A stretch of DNA of 43,337 nucleotides from a virus (taxonomy: Duplodnaviria > Caudoviricetes), in the IMG/VR virus record IMGVR_UViG_3300043220_000029, positions 1-43,337 of that record; one strand, given 5' to 3'. Position 1 is the stretch's first letter; the number at the start of each line of letters is the position of its first letter. The position numbers were made by a program, and so were the translations under genes. Below, piece by piece: positions 26,839 to 35,403 of this stretch. Below the pieces are notes generated by a model. That model was not told the DNA's origin and did not search any database. It was given only the letters and a program-made list of their open reading frames with translations.

Positions 26839-28491
26839 CTACGCAAACCGCGCCGGTTGTGGCGTTAGCGTAGCCGCCCTACCCGGGGTGAAGAAGTTAA
26901 TCCTACGGTCGAACTCCGCCTCGCTCATGCCGGCCATCTTGTACGTGCTCCGCGCTATCAGTTGCACGTCGGGGCCGAGGTTCCGCCAGATAGCAGCCAG
27001 CTTCTCTGGGGCTGGCAGGAAGATGCCGCGCCCTGACTGGTCGGGGAGTCCTGCATCGTTCACATCCAGCGGCACGAAGAGCGGTACGGGACGCTCGGAG
27101 AACGATCCCCCGGGAGCGGGAGGCGGCTCGGTAAATCGCTCACCTCGAAACTCGCCTAGCTGCTGGATCTCATCGAGGTCCATCACGACGGCATCGAAGG
27201 AATTGAGGCCCAGCGCGTTCACCTCGGCCAGCCCGCCGATCTTCTGGAGCTCTCCAGTCGGTGTGCGGAAGAAGAACTCGCCGGTGCCTGCCGCCTGGAC
27301 AAGCGCAGGCCTCGTGCCCAGCCGCTCAAACGTCTCTGCTGATGGGCCCCGAAACTGCCCGAAGAAGTGGCGTGGCCCTGTCCGAACCGCACCGATTCCA
27401 GCGCCCTGTAACGCCTGTATCCGTTGATCCGGCGTCAGCGGGGCGGCCGCTAATGGGTCTGCTAGTGCTGGTGCCGAAGTCAGCGTCGCGCCGGCATCTG
27501 GGTCGTCTATGTCCACCGTACCGCCGTGCGCTGCCGACGCCCTGAGCGGGATGAAGCGCACGCTGCCATCCTCCATGAACTCAGCGACCTCGGCGGTGTT
27601 GTTGCGTATCCCTTCGCCACCCACGCCCTCGCCCACGAGGACAGCCGTTCCTGGCCGGAGGTCGGCCTGCGCCCCATCGCCTCCTGCTAGCGGACGTGCC
27701 TGTAGCCGCCCCCCACGACGCTGCACCGTACCGCCGTGCGCCATGCCCAGCGGGGCTCTTGGCAAGCCAGGCGTCACCAGGCCCTCAAGGCCTGCGATGC
27801 GCTCTTCGATCATCGGTAGGCTCTCATCGGCGGAGAGCGGCGCTGGTATCTCCGCGCCGCCCAGCTCACGGAGGCGCTGAATGAACTCTTCGACGGGACT
27901 GCGGCCTCGCGGTACCGCACCTTGAGATAGGATCGCGCCACGGAACGGGTCATCGCCGAAGCGCTCCCCGACGATCTGATTCGCCTGCCCCTGCAAGCCG
28001 ATGAAGTCGCGAGTGATGTTCTGCGCGTCGGCGAGGCGGCGCAGCTTGAGTTGCTGAGCGTCGGCCTCACGGCGCAACTGCCGCTCCTGCTCGAAGGTGC
28101 GGCCGCCGGAGGAGGCAGGGCCAGTGGGAATTCCGGGTTGCCCACCGCTTCTGATGTCATCTTCTTCGCCAGTACGCAAGCGGCGAGGCCCATCCACCAG
28201 GTTCCCGTCGTTGTCTATCTGGAACCAGTCGCCATCGGCGAGGCTGAACCAGCCACCTTGTCCAGTGAACGCCTGACCCGTCTCGAAGTCGAACATCACA
28301 ATGCGGCCATTGTCATTGATACCGATGCCAACTCTGCGGCCAGAGACGACATGGATGGCGGGCTGGCCACGCTGGAGCCCACCGCCGGATGCTCCACCGC
28401 CTCCACCACTCGTCGTCGTGCCGCCTCGCGCTGACTCTAACGCATCCGCTTCCGCATCAGTAAGGCCAGGATGTTCTATGCCTTTATGCAT
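26839..28491 (-). CDS. Probable internal virion protein (550 aa)
   Basis: Two AHGGTV motifs and VLVGEG..GE; Gly-rich; GAGGAGG RBS. Confidence 0.5.
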   Translation of the reverse strand: MHKGIEHPGLTDAEADALESARGGTTTSGGGGGASGGGLQRGQPAIHVVSGRRVGIGINDNGRIVMFDFETGQAFTGQGGWFSLADGDWFQIDNDGNLVDGPRRLRTGEEDDIRSGGQPGIPTGPASSGGRTFEQERQLRREADAQQLKLRRLADAQNITRDFIGLQGQANQIVGERFGDDPFRGAILSQGAVPRGRSPVEEFIQRLRELGGAEIPAPLSADESLPMIEERIAGLEGLVTPGLPRAPLGMAHGGTVQRRGGRLQARPLAGGDGAQADLRPGTAVLVGEGVGGEGIRNNTAEVAEFMEDGSVRFIPLRASAAHGGTVDIDDPDAGATLTSAPALADPLAAAPLTPDQRIQALQGAGIGAVRTGPRHFFGQFRGPSAETFERLGTRPALVQAAGTGEFFFRTPTGELQKIGGLAEVNALGLNSFDAVVMDLDEIQQLGEFRGERFTEPPPAPGGSFSERPVPLFVPLDVNDAGLPDQSGRGIFLPAPEKLAAIWRNLGPDVQLIARSTYKMAGMSEAEFDRRINFFTPGRAATLTPQPARFA

Positions 28492-28795
28492 CCTCGTCCT
28501 CCTCTCCCAGCTCCCGTGCTGCGAACAGCGCCTCGCGTATCAACCGACGCGGCACTGGCTTATCAGGCGGCGGCTGAAACCGTGCCGCCAATTCGTCATA
28601 GCGTGCTAGCGGCGCCAGCGGGTTCCCTAGGAAAGCCCTGTGCTCTCCGAGCCGCTTCTGGCGTGCCTTCCTGTGCCCAACGGCTGGTCGGTTTACCACA
28701 GTGGCCTTCATCTCGCGCACCAGTTCAACAGATTGCTTTCGCGCTTCGTCCATTGCGTCCTGGCCTATCTGCATCAGGTCGGGTTGGTCAGGCAT
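28484..28795 (-). CDS. Hypothetical protein
   Basis: Start MPDQPD overlaps the upstream gene end. Confidence 0.55.
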   Translation of the reverse strand: MPDQPDLMQIGQDAMDEARKQSVELVREMKATVVNRPAVGHRKARQKRLGEHRAFLGNPLAPLARYDELAARFQPPPDKPVPRRLIREALFAARELGEEDEDA

Positions 28796-29045
28796 GGCGG
28801 AGTTCCGTGATCTTGCGGATGGCGGAACGGGGGATAGAAGTTGTGCAGCCAAGGTTATTGCTCGTTACGCCGTCCGGAACTACCGACTCATCAAGGCTCT
28901 CAGCTAAGACTAGATACTCGTCATTTTCTTCAACCAAGTAACCGACAGACAGGCACGGGGAGAGGCCTGACTCCTGATCCTTCTTATGCCAGCCGTGAGT
29001 CGTGCTGACATCCGTCCACTCCACCTCCACGATGCGCTCAGGCAT
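28788..29045 (-). CDS. Conserved small phage protein (VEVEW.D...SVGYLV...IPRSAI family)
   Basis: Recognisable motif pattern; TAATG coupling to the portal gene. Confidence 0.7.
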   Translation of the reverse strand: MPERIVEVEWTDVSTTHGWHKKDQESGLSPCLSVGYLVEENDEYLVLAESLDESVVPDGVTSNNLGCTTSIPRSAIRKITELRHA

Positions 29046-30949
29046 TACGGCGCCACCGTGTTCGGCTGTTGGCCACCAGGCAAGGCGCTCAACGGAGCCT
29101 GTGCCCTACCAGCGCCACGAGCCTCAGGCCCAAGGCCACCGCCAGCCTTCTGCCGGATGGCGTCTGCCACGCCGGCCAACCGTGGGTCATCGCCCAGGGC
29201 AGCCAGGGCATCCTCGACGCTCATCCCTTCGTCGGCAGCCACATCGACGTCCGCCTCATCCAGCATGATATCCTCGCGGAACTTCCGCATCGTCGGACTG
29301 AGGAAGAAGCGAGTAGTCTCCGACCGCTTGAACATCTCCCAAGGCTGCTCAATGTTGAGCATCTCCTCCATGACCCAGTCGAGAGCGATCGGCAACGGTT
29401 CGCCCGGCGCAATCGCTTGCATGGTGCTGATCGCCGTTTGGATCATGGCGATCTGGTTCACTGGCGTTTGCAGCCGGTACTCGCCCTTGAGGATCGGCTC
29501 GTAGCTACCCAGTTCGCCTGGCGTGAGCGTGATGCTGCCGCCCTCTTCGCCGTGGCGTTGCAGTACGATGGGCTCGCCCCAAGCCTCTACGCAGCGGATC
29601 AGCATCTCTGTATGGTCAATGCGAGCCGCGATGATAGCCAGTGTCAGCTCCTTGTTCGCGGCCTTCGCCTGCTCGGTGAGCTGGTTCAGAGACCATGCCG
29701 GCATTGACGCCACCTGCACACCTCCGGTCAACGCCTCGTTCGCAGCCGTCAGGTCGCGGATGGCGTTGCGCAGCATCTCCGCCAGCTCTATGTTCTCGCG
29801 ACCAAATGGCGGGATGTGAACGGCACTGATGTCTTCGCGGCCATCTCCGCCAGGTTCGCCAGCATTGAGGTCGATGATGTCGCCGCGTAGTTTCTTCTGG
29901 ATAAGGCTGGCCGCATCGTCGCTGTCGCCACTGAGATTGAGGTGCGCCTTGAGCAACGGATGAACGGTCTCCCGAGAAGCCGTTGCCGCCTCGCTCGTTC
30001 GTCGGTCAAGCTGCGGGATCATCTTCCGCACGTCGTAGAGGATGCCCCGCCAATATTGCCCTGGCTCCTTCGGTCCCGTCTTCCCCGCAAGGATGCGGAT
30101 TGGACACTTGTCCAGCTTGTGCTCGATGCTGCGAAGTATCTTGTCTGGGAAACGCCTGCCTTCGCCGTAGCCGGGGATGCCGGTCTTGCCATCTGCCAGG
30201 ACAGAGTACGCGACGTATTTACGGTTGGCGTAGATACCCAACGTCACTGGTGAGAAGCGATCCTCTCGTTTCTCCGGCAGCGCACCAGCCAACTCCTTTT
30301 CGCTGAAGATGTCCTGGAGCTCGTGCCATGTCGTGCTGAGCGTCGAGAGCGCAAGATCGTTCACTGCGCCGAGGCTGGGCGGGAACGTGCTCTCCGCCGG
30401 CAGGTCGCGATAGAGGATCGGCACCGGCGCCTTCCGCTGCCAGATGCGGTAGCGAGCGAGCCACTGCGTCTCGGCTTCGCCAGGCTGCTTCTTGGGCGGG
30501 TCCCACCAGTAGGCATCACCGGGCAACACAAGCACCGCGCCACGCCCGATGTCGAGGAGCTGCTTGACGAAGCGAATCCACGGCGAGTCGGTCGGTGGGT
30601 TCTCTTGATCCCACAGTTCGCTCAGCCCGATCTCTACCTCGTCGCCCTTAGCCTGGTTTCGCTGGCCTTCGCCCGTCCACATCACGCCGATGGTCGGGGG
30701 CACGCTGAAGAGGCTGTAGATAACGTTCTTGGTGCGCGGCCCTTCGCCCAGCGTCATCCGTTCAGGGTCGAGCCGGTTCTTGCGCTTCTTGTCCGCCGTG
30801 TCGGAGACGGTAACGCCGTGTTCCTCGGAGGTGAGCGCTTTCAGCTCCGCGTCGAGGGCGCGTTGCTGCGACCAGTAGGAACCCTGGTTCCAATCGTGCA
30901 GCTCGCGGATAGTCTCTACAGTGGGCTTTTCGTCGAGGTCTCTTGGCAT
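29045..30949 (-). CDS. Portal (head-tail connector) protein
   Basis: 634 aa directly downstream of the terminase; helical with a low-complexity C-terminus; assigned mainly by synteny. Confidence 0.7.
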   Translation of the reverse strand: MPRDLDEKPTVETIRELHDWNQGSYWSQQRALDAELKALTSEEHGVTVSDTADKKRKNRLDPERMTLGEGPRTKNVIYSLFSVPPTIGVMWTGEGQRNQAKGDEVEIGLSELWDQENPPTDSPWIRFVKQLLDIGRGAVLVLPGDAYWWDPPKKQPGEAETQWLARYRIWQRKAPVPILYRDLPAESTFPPSLGAVNDLALSTLSTTWHELQDIFSEKELAGALPEKREDRFSPVTLGIYANRKYVAYSVLADGKTGIPGYGEGRRFPDKILRSIEHKLDKCPIRILAGKTGPKEPGQYWRGILYDVRKMIPQLDRRTSEAATASRETVHPLLKAHLNLSGDSDDAASLIQKKLRGDIIDLNAGEPGGDGREDISAVHIPPFGRENIELAEMLRNAIRDLTAANEALTGGVQVASMPAWSLNQLTEQAKAANKELTLAIIAARIDHTEMLIRCVEAWGEPIVLQRHGEEGGSITLTPGELGSYEPILKGEYRLQTPVNQIAMIQTAISTMQAIAPGEPLPIALDWVMEEMLNIEQPWEMFKRSETTRFFLSPTMRKFREDIMLDEADVDVAADEGMSVEDALAALGDDPRLAGVADAIRQKAGGGLGPEARGAGRAQAPLSALPGGQQPNTVAP

Positions 30950-31019
30950 ACGACAGCGACACTCCAGCCAGGAGGCGCACTGTCGCTCGTAGGGTAGTCT
31001 AGTTAGGCGAGGCTGTCAA
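30950..31019 (-). promoter_or_regulatory. Late promoter and leader hairpin of the portal operon
   Basis: TTGACA(31019-31014)-17nt-TACCCT; hairpin 30950-30986 abuts the ATG; shares GCGACAGTGCGCCTC with the capsid leader. Confidence 0.65.
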
Positions 31020-31027
31020 CCGGCGAC

Positions 31028-31231
31028 CTAGGGGCATTCCGCTGCCTCAGCGTATTCCAGCATCGCTTTGAGGCACGGAACGCAGAGCTGTACTTCAACG
31101 CGGCGGTCCAGGTAGAGTAGCCCACGGTTCGTTTCACCGCACGCATCGCAGCCGCGAGCAGTTCGGCCGTCCGGATCAGCGCGATAATACTCGAAGGGAA
31201 ACGAACCAAAGTATTCTTCTCGCTCGCCCAT
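31028..31231 (-). CDS. Small CxxC zinc-binding protein
   Basis: CDAC...CVPC; TGATG coupling to terL. Confidence 0.55.
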   Translation of the reverse strand: MGEREEYFGSFPFEYYRADPDGRTARGCDACGETNRGLLYLDRRVEVQLCVPCLKAMLEYAEAAECP

Positions 31232-32538
31232 CAGTAGTTCCCGTAGACCTGCACCGGCTCCCTGAGCGGCTTCCTCGTGCCGGTGAAGTATAGCTCGTTC
31301 ACACCCCACACCAGCGCATCAAGGCGGTCTGGCGACTTGCCTTCACCCGGCACCCACGAGCAGAGCTGATCTTCCAAGTCGGGCATGACGCCGACGTGAT
31401 GCACGACGCCTTGCTTCGGCTCGTAGAGCGCAGCCACCGGCTCAGCCCGCACCTGCTTACCGCGACTCGCACGAACAGCCTTGAACGATATCGTCTTGTC
31501 AACCGTTCGCAGGTTGGCCCGCACCATGTCGCCGCCGAAATTGACCTCGGCAACGATGCGATCGGCCTTGTGCCACTTGTACGCTGCAACCGTTCGGCGC
31601 GCCCACTGGTTCGGCGTGAAGTGACCCGAGAGGTCCTCCATCACGAAGATGTGCCGAGCCGCATCGCCCTTGCAGTGGCAGTTACCAGCACCGCAAACGA
31701 TGATGCCCTGCTCGTCGTCATCCTCCTCAGCTCCACCCGACGGGTCAACGGCAACGATAATCCTGGAAAGGTCAGGAGCTTTCTTCACGCGTCGCTCCTC
31801 GATCCAAACGCGCTGCCAGAGGGCGCCTTCCGCATCATCGATGAACTCTGCCAGGAGTTCCTGCCGGCCCAGCCGCGTGCCACCGTACCGCTCTTCGAGC
31901 CGCTGCCTAACCAGTGCCGAGAGGTGTGGGTTGTCGTATGTCGTGGCGATGGTCACAGCGACCTTCGGATCGCTTTTCATCTCCTTGAGAAACTTTCGGT
32001 TCTTGGGCGTCGTCGTGATGATGGCGCGGGGGTGAAAGCCAAGCCGGAGCCCGAAGAGAGCGTGATCCCAAGACGTGCCGCCGTCCTCTTTTTTCCTACT
32101 CCACAGCGCCAGCTCATCTACCCAGAGCATCGACCACTGCGGACCGTTCCAACGCGCCGGCTTCTCAGAGCCGAGGAACTTCACGTAGCCGCCCCGACGA
32201 TGGCGTGCCTCACTCAACGAGCGATTGTAGTTTAGCTCCTCCCCGAAGAGCGTGATGAGGCCGGTGTCACCTTCCGCACAAACATCGCGGGCGTCACTGA
32301 CGGTCGACGCTCCAATCCCGACGCGGGCACCAGGCGTGTCTCGAAGATGGTCAATGACGGCGTTCGCCCCAGCCTCCGTCTTGCCAGAGCCGCGTCCGCC
32401 CAGCAGGAGCCAGATGTCCCAGTCGCCGGGAGGTGGCTTCTGGTGGGCCTCCATCCGGTGAGCACGACCCGACCGCGCCTTGCGGTGCTTGGCCCGCATG
32501 ACAGCCTCGGTCGCTATGAGGGTTGGCGTTGCGATCAT
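31231..32538 (-). CDS. terL: Terminase large subunit
   Basis: Walker A GGRGSGKT, Walker B LWVDE, motif III TTTP, nuclease AVDP, AEVNFGG and SPDRLDALVW. Confidence 0.95.
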   Translation of the reverse strand: MIATPTLIATEAVMRAKHRKARSGRAHRMEAHQKPPPGDWDIWLLLGGRGSGKTEAGANAVIDHLRDTPGARVGIGASTVSDARDVCAEGDTGLITLFGEELNYNRSLSEARHRRGGYVKFLGSEKPARWNGPQWSMLWVDELALWSRKKEDGGTSWDHALFGLRLGFHPRAIITTTPKNRKFLKEMKSDPKVAVTIATTYDNPHLSALVRQRLEERYGGTRLGRQELLAEFIDDAEGALWQRVWIEERRVKKAPDLSRIIVAVDPSGGAEEDDDEQGIIVCGAGNCHCKGDAARHIFVMEDLSGHFTPNQWARRTVAAYKWHKADRIVAEVNFGGDMVRANLRTVDKTISFKAVRASRGKQVRAEPVAALYEPKQGVVHHVGVMPDLEDQLCSWVPGEGKSPDRLDALVWGVNELYFTGTRKPLREPVQVYGNY

Positions 32539-32948
32539 CGGCCACTCAAGAGCGCTTCTACTTCGGCCACGGCTGCTGCTTTCTCCTCTTCCGGCAGTCC
32601 CAGCTCGTCAGCGATGCGCTCAGCCTCAGCCCTCGCGTCCTGAAGCTGGATATCCACGCGTTGTGGCGGCTTGCCGAATACATACTGCACTACAATGTCA
32701 ACGTAGTGCCGGCACGTCGCGCAGTCCGGTCCAGCCTTGTGATCTTCGAAATGCTTGGCGATGATCGACTTGACGTTGCCAAGGAGGGGGGAGAAGAACG
32801 AGTGCGCCTCTTCGATGCGCTGCTTGGTGATCTTGTTCTTGGCGCCGGGGGGACGACCAGGGCTAGCACTGTTGCCAGGGCCAAACGTGCCGTCATCCCT
32901 CCGCGTCGCAACGTCCAGCCGTTGTTCTTCCGTTATTTTGGCGGCCAT
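32535..32948 (-). CDS. terS: Terminase small subunit
   Basis: GTFGPGN...GRPPGAKNKIT and FGKPPQ motifs; overlaps the terL start. Confidence 0.75.
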   Translation of the reverse strand: MAAKITEEQRLDVATRRDDGTFGPGNSASPGRPPGAKNKITKQRIEEAHSFFSPLLGNVKSIIAKHFEDHKAGPDCATCRHYVDIVVQYVFGKPPQRVDIQLQDARAEAERIADELGLPEEEKAAAVAEVEALLSGR

Positions 32949-32967
32949 CTCGCCTCGCAGTATACCA
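32949..32967 (-). promoter_or_regulatory. Extended -10 promoter upstream of terS
   Basis: TGG-TATACT 10 nt before the ATG; no clear -35. Confidence 0.45.
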
Positions 32968-32975
32968 CGCCTCGC

Positions 32976-33341
32976 TCAGCTCGCTTCCCAGTACGCTGAC
33001 ACCTCGCGGGCCGTGGATGTCATTTCGCCTAGCTGCACCCCAGTCAGCGTGTAGATCACCTCGGACTTGTGAGCGGACGGAATCTTCGGCATGCAGTCCT
33101 CACACAGCGCCTCGGTTCCAAGAACCGCCATATCGTCAATCCAGCGTGGACGAGAGCAGCCATCGCAGCGCACCTTGCGCTTCTTGGCCGGCGATCCACC
33201 CTGCCCATACCGCTCTTCGAGCCAGCTCTCAGCGAACACTACGTGATCTTTCGCCTTCTCACGCTTCGCTTCCTCGAACGCCTGGGTGGTAGCGTTAGCT
33301 CCATACTTCTCAGCTAATTCCTGGGGGGAGGATCGATTCAC
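32976..33341 (-). CDS. Hypothetical zinc-ribbon protein
   Basis: CDGC...CEDC; AAGGAGG RBS before GTG. Confidence 0.6.
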   Translation of the reverse strand: MNRSSPQELAEKYGANATTQAFEEAKREKAKDHVVFAESWLEERYGQGGSPAKKRKVRCDGCSRPRWIDDMAVLGTEALCEDCMPKIPSAHKSEVIYTLTGVQLGEMTSTAREVSAYWEAS

Positions 33342-33405
33342 GTCAAAGCCTCCTTCGCGGGCCGGTGCCCAGTATATCGTAGATCGTTACTTACGCCCCT
33401 CTGGA

Positions 33406-33488
33406 TCTGTCTCTGTATCTGTCTCTGTATCTGGGGGCGTTACAGAAACGTTACTGTAACGTTACGTCGCCGTTTCAGAAACGTTACT
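33406..33488. repeat. Candidate replication origin (iteron-like repeats)
   Basis: CGTT(A/T)CAGAAACGTTACT at 33438 and 33471; palindrome GTAACGTTAC 33456-33465; 12-bp tandem repeat 33406-33433; AT-richer than the flanks. Confidence 0.5.
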
Positions 33489-33809
33489 TGTCCGTTTACG
33501 AAACGCCCGTACTCTGTTACTAGAATGGTCGCTTTTGTATTGGCGCTTGTCCCAATTGTGCGCCCTCCAACCCTGACGCGTCTTATCGAACAGGCGGCGA
33601 GCGACAAGTTGAGAGAGGATGAGTTGGAGCCGAGATATGCTCACTCGCATTAGTTCAGACGCATCGTTAATGTCAATCAACCAACCGTCATCGTCCGTGA
33701 GACAGAGCAGTAGGACCCAGTGCTTGAAGAGGGCCGGGGGCAACTGGCGAACCTTCGCCTTGGTCGCCGCATTGCGGTAAAAGCGGAACCACTCATGTGC
33801 GTCGCCCAT
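33462..33809 (-). CDS. Replisome organizer / replication initiator N-terminal-like protein
   Basis: WFRFY...WVLLLCL...HNWDKRQYKSD.S..RVRAFRKR pattern; TGATG coupling. Confidence 0.7.
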   Translation of the reverse strand: MGDAHEWFRFYRNAATKAKVRQLPPALFKHWVLLLCLTDDDGWLIDINDASELMRVSISRLQLILSQLVARRLFDKTRQGWRAHNWDKRQYKSDHSSNRVRAFRKRTSNVSETAT

Positions 33810-34024
33810 CAGATCTCCTTGCTTCCCCGCGCGCTCTCCTGCCCCAGCCTGAACATCAGTTGCGCCGTGGTCCGGTAGCCGGCACGTATCCTGACGACGT
33901 GCAGGCGTGAGCCGACGGCCTTCTTCGATATGCCAAGTGCGGCGCCTACCTCGTCGTGGTTCTTCCCCTGCGCCAACTGAGCGACGAGCCGGAGCTCGTG
34001 ATCGGTCAGGTGGAGGTAGCTCAT
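33809..34024 (-). CDS. LuxR/GerE-type HTH regulator
   Basis: LTDHELRLVAQLAQGKNHDEVGAALGISKKAV matches the LuxR HTH consensus. Confidence 0.85.
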   Translation of the reverse strand: MSYLHLTDHELRLVAQLAQGKNHDEVGAALGISKKAVGSRLHVVRIRAGYRTTAQLMFRLGQESARGSKEI

Positions 34025-34039
34025 CGCTACGCTTCACTT

Positions 34040-34352
34040 CTCGGCGTCAGTTCACGGCACGGCACATCAAACCAAACCAGTACTCGTCGTCAGATCAAGC
34101 CAACTCACCGCAATCCTCGCCGTCAGCTCACAGCACCGCATGCCATATCAATCCTCGCCGTCACTCCATATCAGCGCACGCCATTGCTCGGCGTCATAGC
34201 ACGTCACCCCAAGACACGTCACAGCTCGGCGTCACTCCACGCCACATCGCCGCAGCTCAGCCCACCACAATCCTCGTGCCAAGCCACATCACCACACTTC
34301 AGCCCATCCCTCGCCGTCATGGCATATCACCTCAGTGCAAGTCTCGCCGTCT
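34040..34352 (-). repeat. Hierarchical non-coding array: 9 anchors TGACGNCGAG separated by NNN+(TGNNN)4-7
   Basis: Plus-strand anchors CTCGNCGTCA at 34040, 34083, 34116, 34154, 34187, 34225, 34273 (degenerate, 9 nt), 34310 and 34343; spacers 33, 23, 28, 23, 28, 38, 28 and 23 nt. Confidence 0.92.
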
Positions 34353-34358
34353 TGTCGC

Positions 34359-34589
34359 TCACCGCGCCACCTCGAACCGATGTTCGAACACCAGCGTGTC
34401 GGCGTCGGCGCCCAGCCCCAGATCGACGCAGAGCTCGTAGCGGGCGAGGATGGCCCGGTCCAGTGCCCTGCGGCCACCATCCGTGATCTTGTCGCGGTAG
34501 CGTGCGTTCTGCCGCAAGGCGTGGGCGAGCGACGCGACGATCTGCGGACCATCGACTGGGGCGTCATAACTCAGCCAGCGCACCGTCAC
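34359..34589 (-). CDS. Hypothetical protein immediately upstream of the array
   Basis: GTGA coupling to the VRR-NUC gene; stop lies 6 nt before the first anchor. Confidence 0.55.
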   Translation of the reverse strand: MTVRWLSYDAPVDGPQIVASLAHALRQNARYRDKITDGGRRALDRAILARYELCVDLGLGADADTLVFEHRFEVAR

Positions 34590-34897
34590 CGCAACGTCTC
34601 CTCGATCTCCGGCCAGTCGCTCGGCCTAAGTATCCCTGCCTCAACGACGCGCACCTGGATCAGCCGCACAATGTAGTCTTGCTGCTCCGGACTCACGCGG
34701 CCCTTCTCCGACTTGAGCTCCCAGAGCAGGAGCCTGTGGCCCCGCACCAGCGCCAGGTCCGGCCAGCCAGGGTTGGAGCGCCGCGAGTCGTGGGTGTGAT
34801 AAACCATCCAGCCCAGCAGCTCAGCGTAGGCAATCACCTGCGCCTGAAAGTCGCGCTCGCTCATCGCCGCGTCGAGGACCTGGCGGGCTGTGGTCAT
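34586..34897 (-). CDS. VRR-NUC domain nuclease (Holliday-junction resolvase-like)
   Basis: SERDFQ, GWPDL and ELKSEKGRVSPEQ motifs. Confidence 0.85.
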   Translation of the reverse strand: MTTARQVLDAAMSERDFQAQVIAYAELLGWMVYHTHDSRRSNPGWPDLALVRGHRLLLWELKSEKGRVSPEQQDYIVRLIQVRVVEAGILRPSDWPEIEETLR

Positions 34898-35403
34898 GCC
34901 CCGTTCCGTTCCTTCCTGATCCGCTCGACGGCCGCGTTGAGTTCCTTCATCGCCTCATCGCTCCCACCGGCATCAGGGTGGCGGCTCTTGGCGAGCGTCT
35001 TGTAGATCACCTCAACCGCCTCCATGTCGGCGTCGGGGCGGAGACCCATGACCTCGTAGGGGTCGCGGTGCTGTGGTGGCGCCGCTAGTTGGAGATACGC
35101 CTTAGCTAGCGTGTCGGCGATGCCGCGTTTCTCGTTCATCCGCATCGACTCGATGGCGAACACCACGCACCGGAGGTTTTGTTGATAGGTAGCTTGAGAG
35201 TCGCAGGCGACAGTGATCCTCTGACCCCGTAACTCAAACCTCACCGTTGCTGAGGAGCTCCCCACCTCTTCGGGAACGGGGAAGTCATACTTGCCGATGA
35301 CCGCCGCCGAGTAGCGGTTGTCGTCATTCCAGCGAGTAAGCTGAGTGACGATCTCCCTGCGCGATCGCGCCTCCGTCCAGTTCGTGTTCGTGGTGTAGCT
35401 CAT
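34894..35403 (-). CDS. J-domain (DnaJ-like) protein
   Basis: C-terminal DPYEVMGL...HPDAGGSDEAMKELNAA with the HPD motif; GGAGG RBS. Confidence 0.85.
   Translation of the reverse strand: MSYTTNTNWTEARSRREIVTQLTRWNDDNRYSAAVIGKYDFPVPEEVGSSSATVRFELRGQRITVACDSQATYQQNLRCVVFAIESMRMNEKRGIADTLAKAYLQLAAPPQHRDPYEVMGLRPDADMEAVEVIYKTLAKSRHPDAGGSDEAMKELNAAVERIRKERNGA

Noticed and set aside
34040-34352. CRISPR array
   Set aside because: The repeat is only 10 nt, the spacers have a strict internal 5-nt periodicity rather than foreign sequence, and no cas operon is present.
33907-34486. Plus-strand ORFs of 177 and 176 aa across the array
   Set aside because: Openness follows from the CA-rich periodicity; they are low-complexity, oppose the genome-wide orientation and overlap real minus-strand genes.
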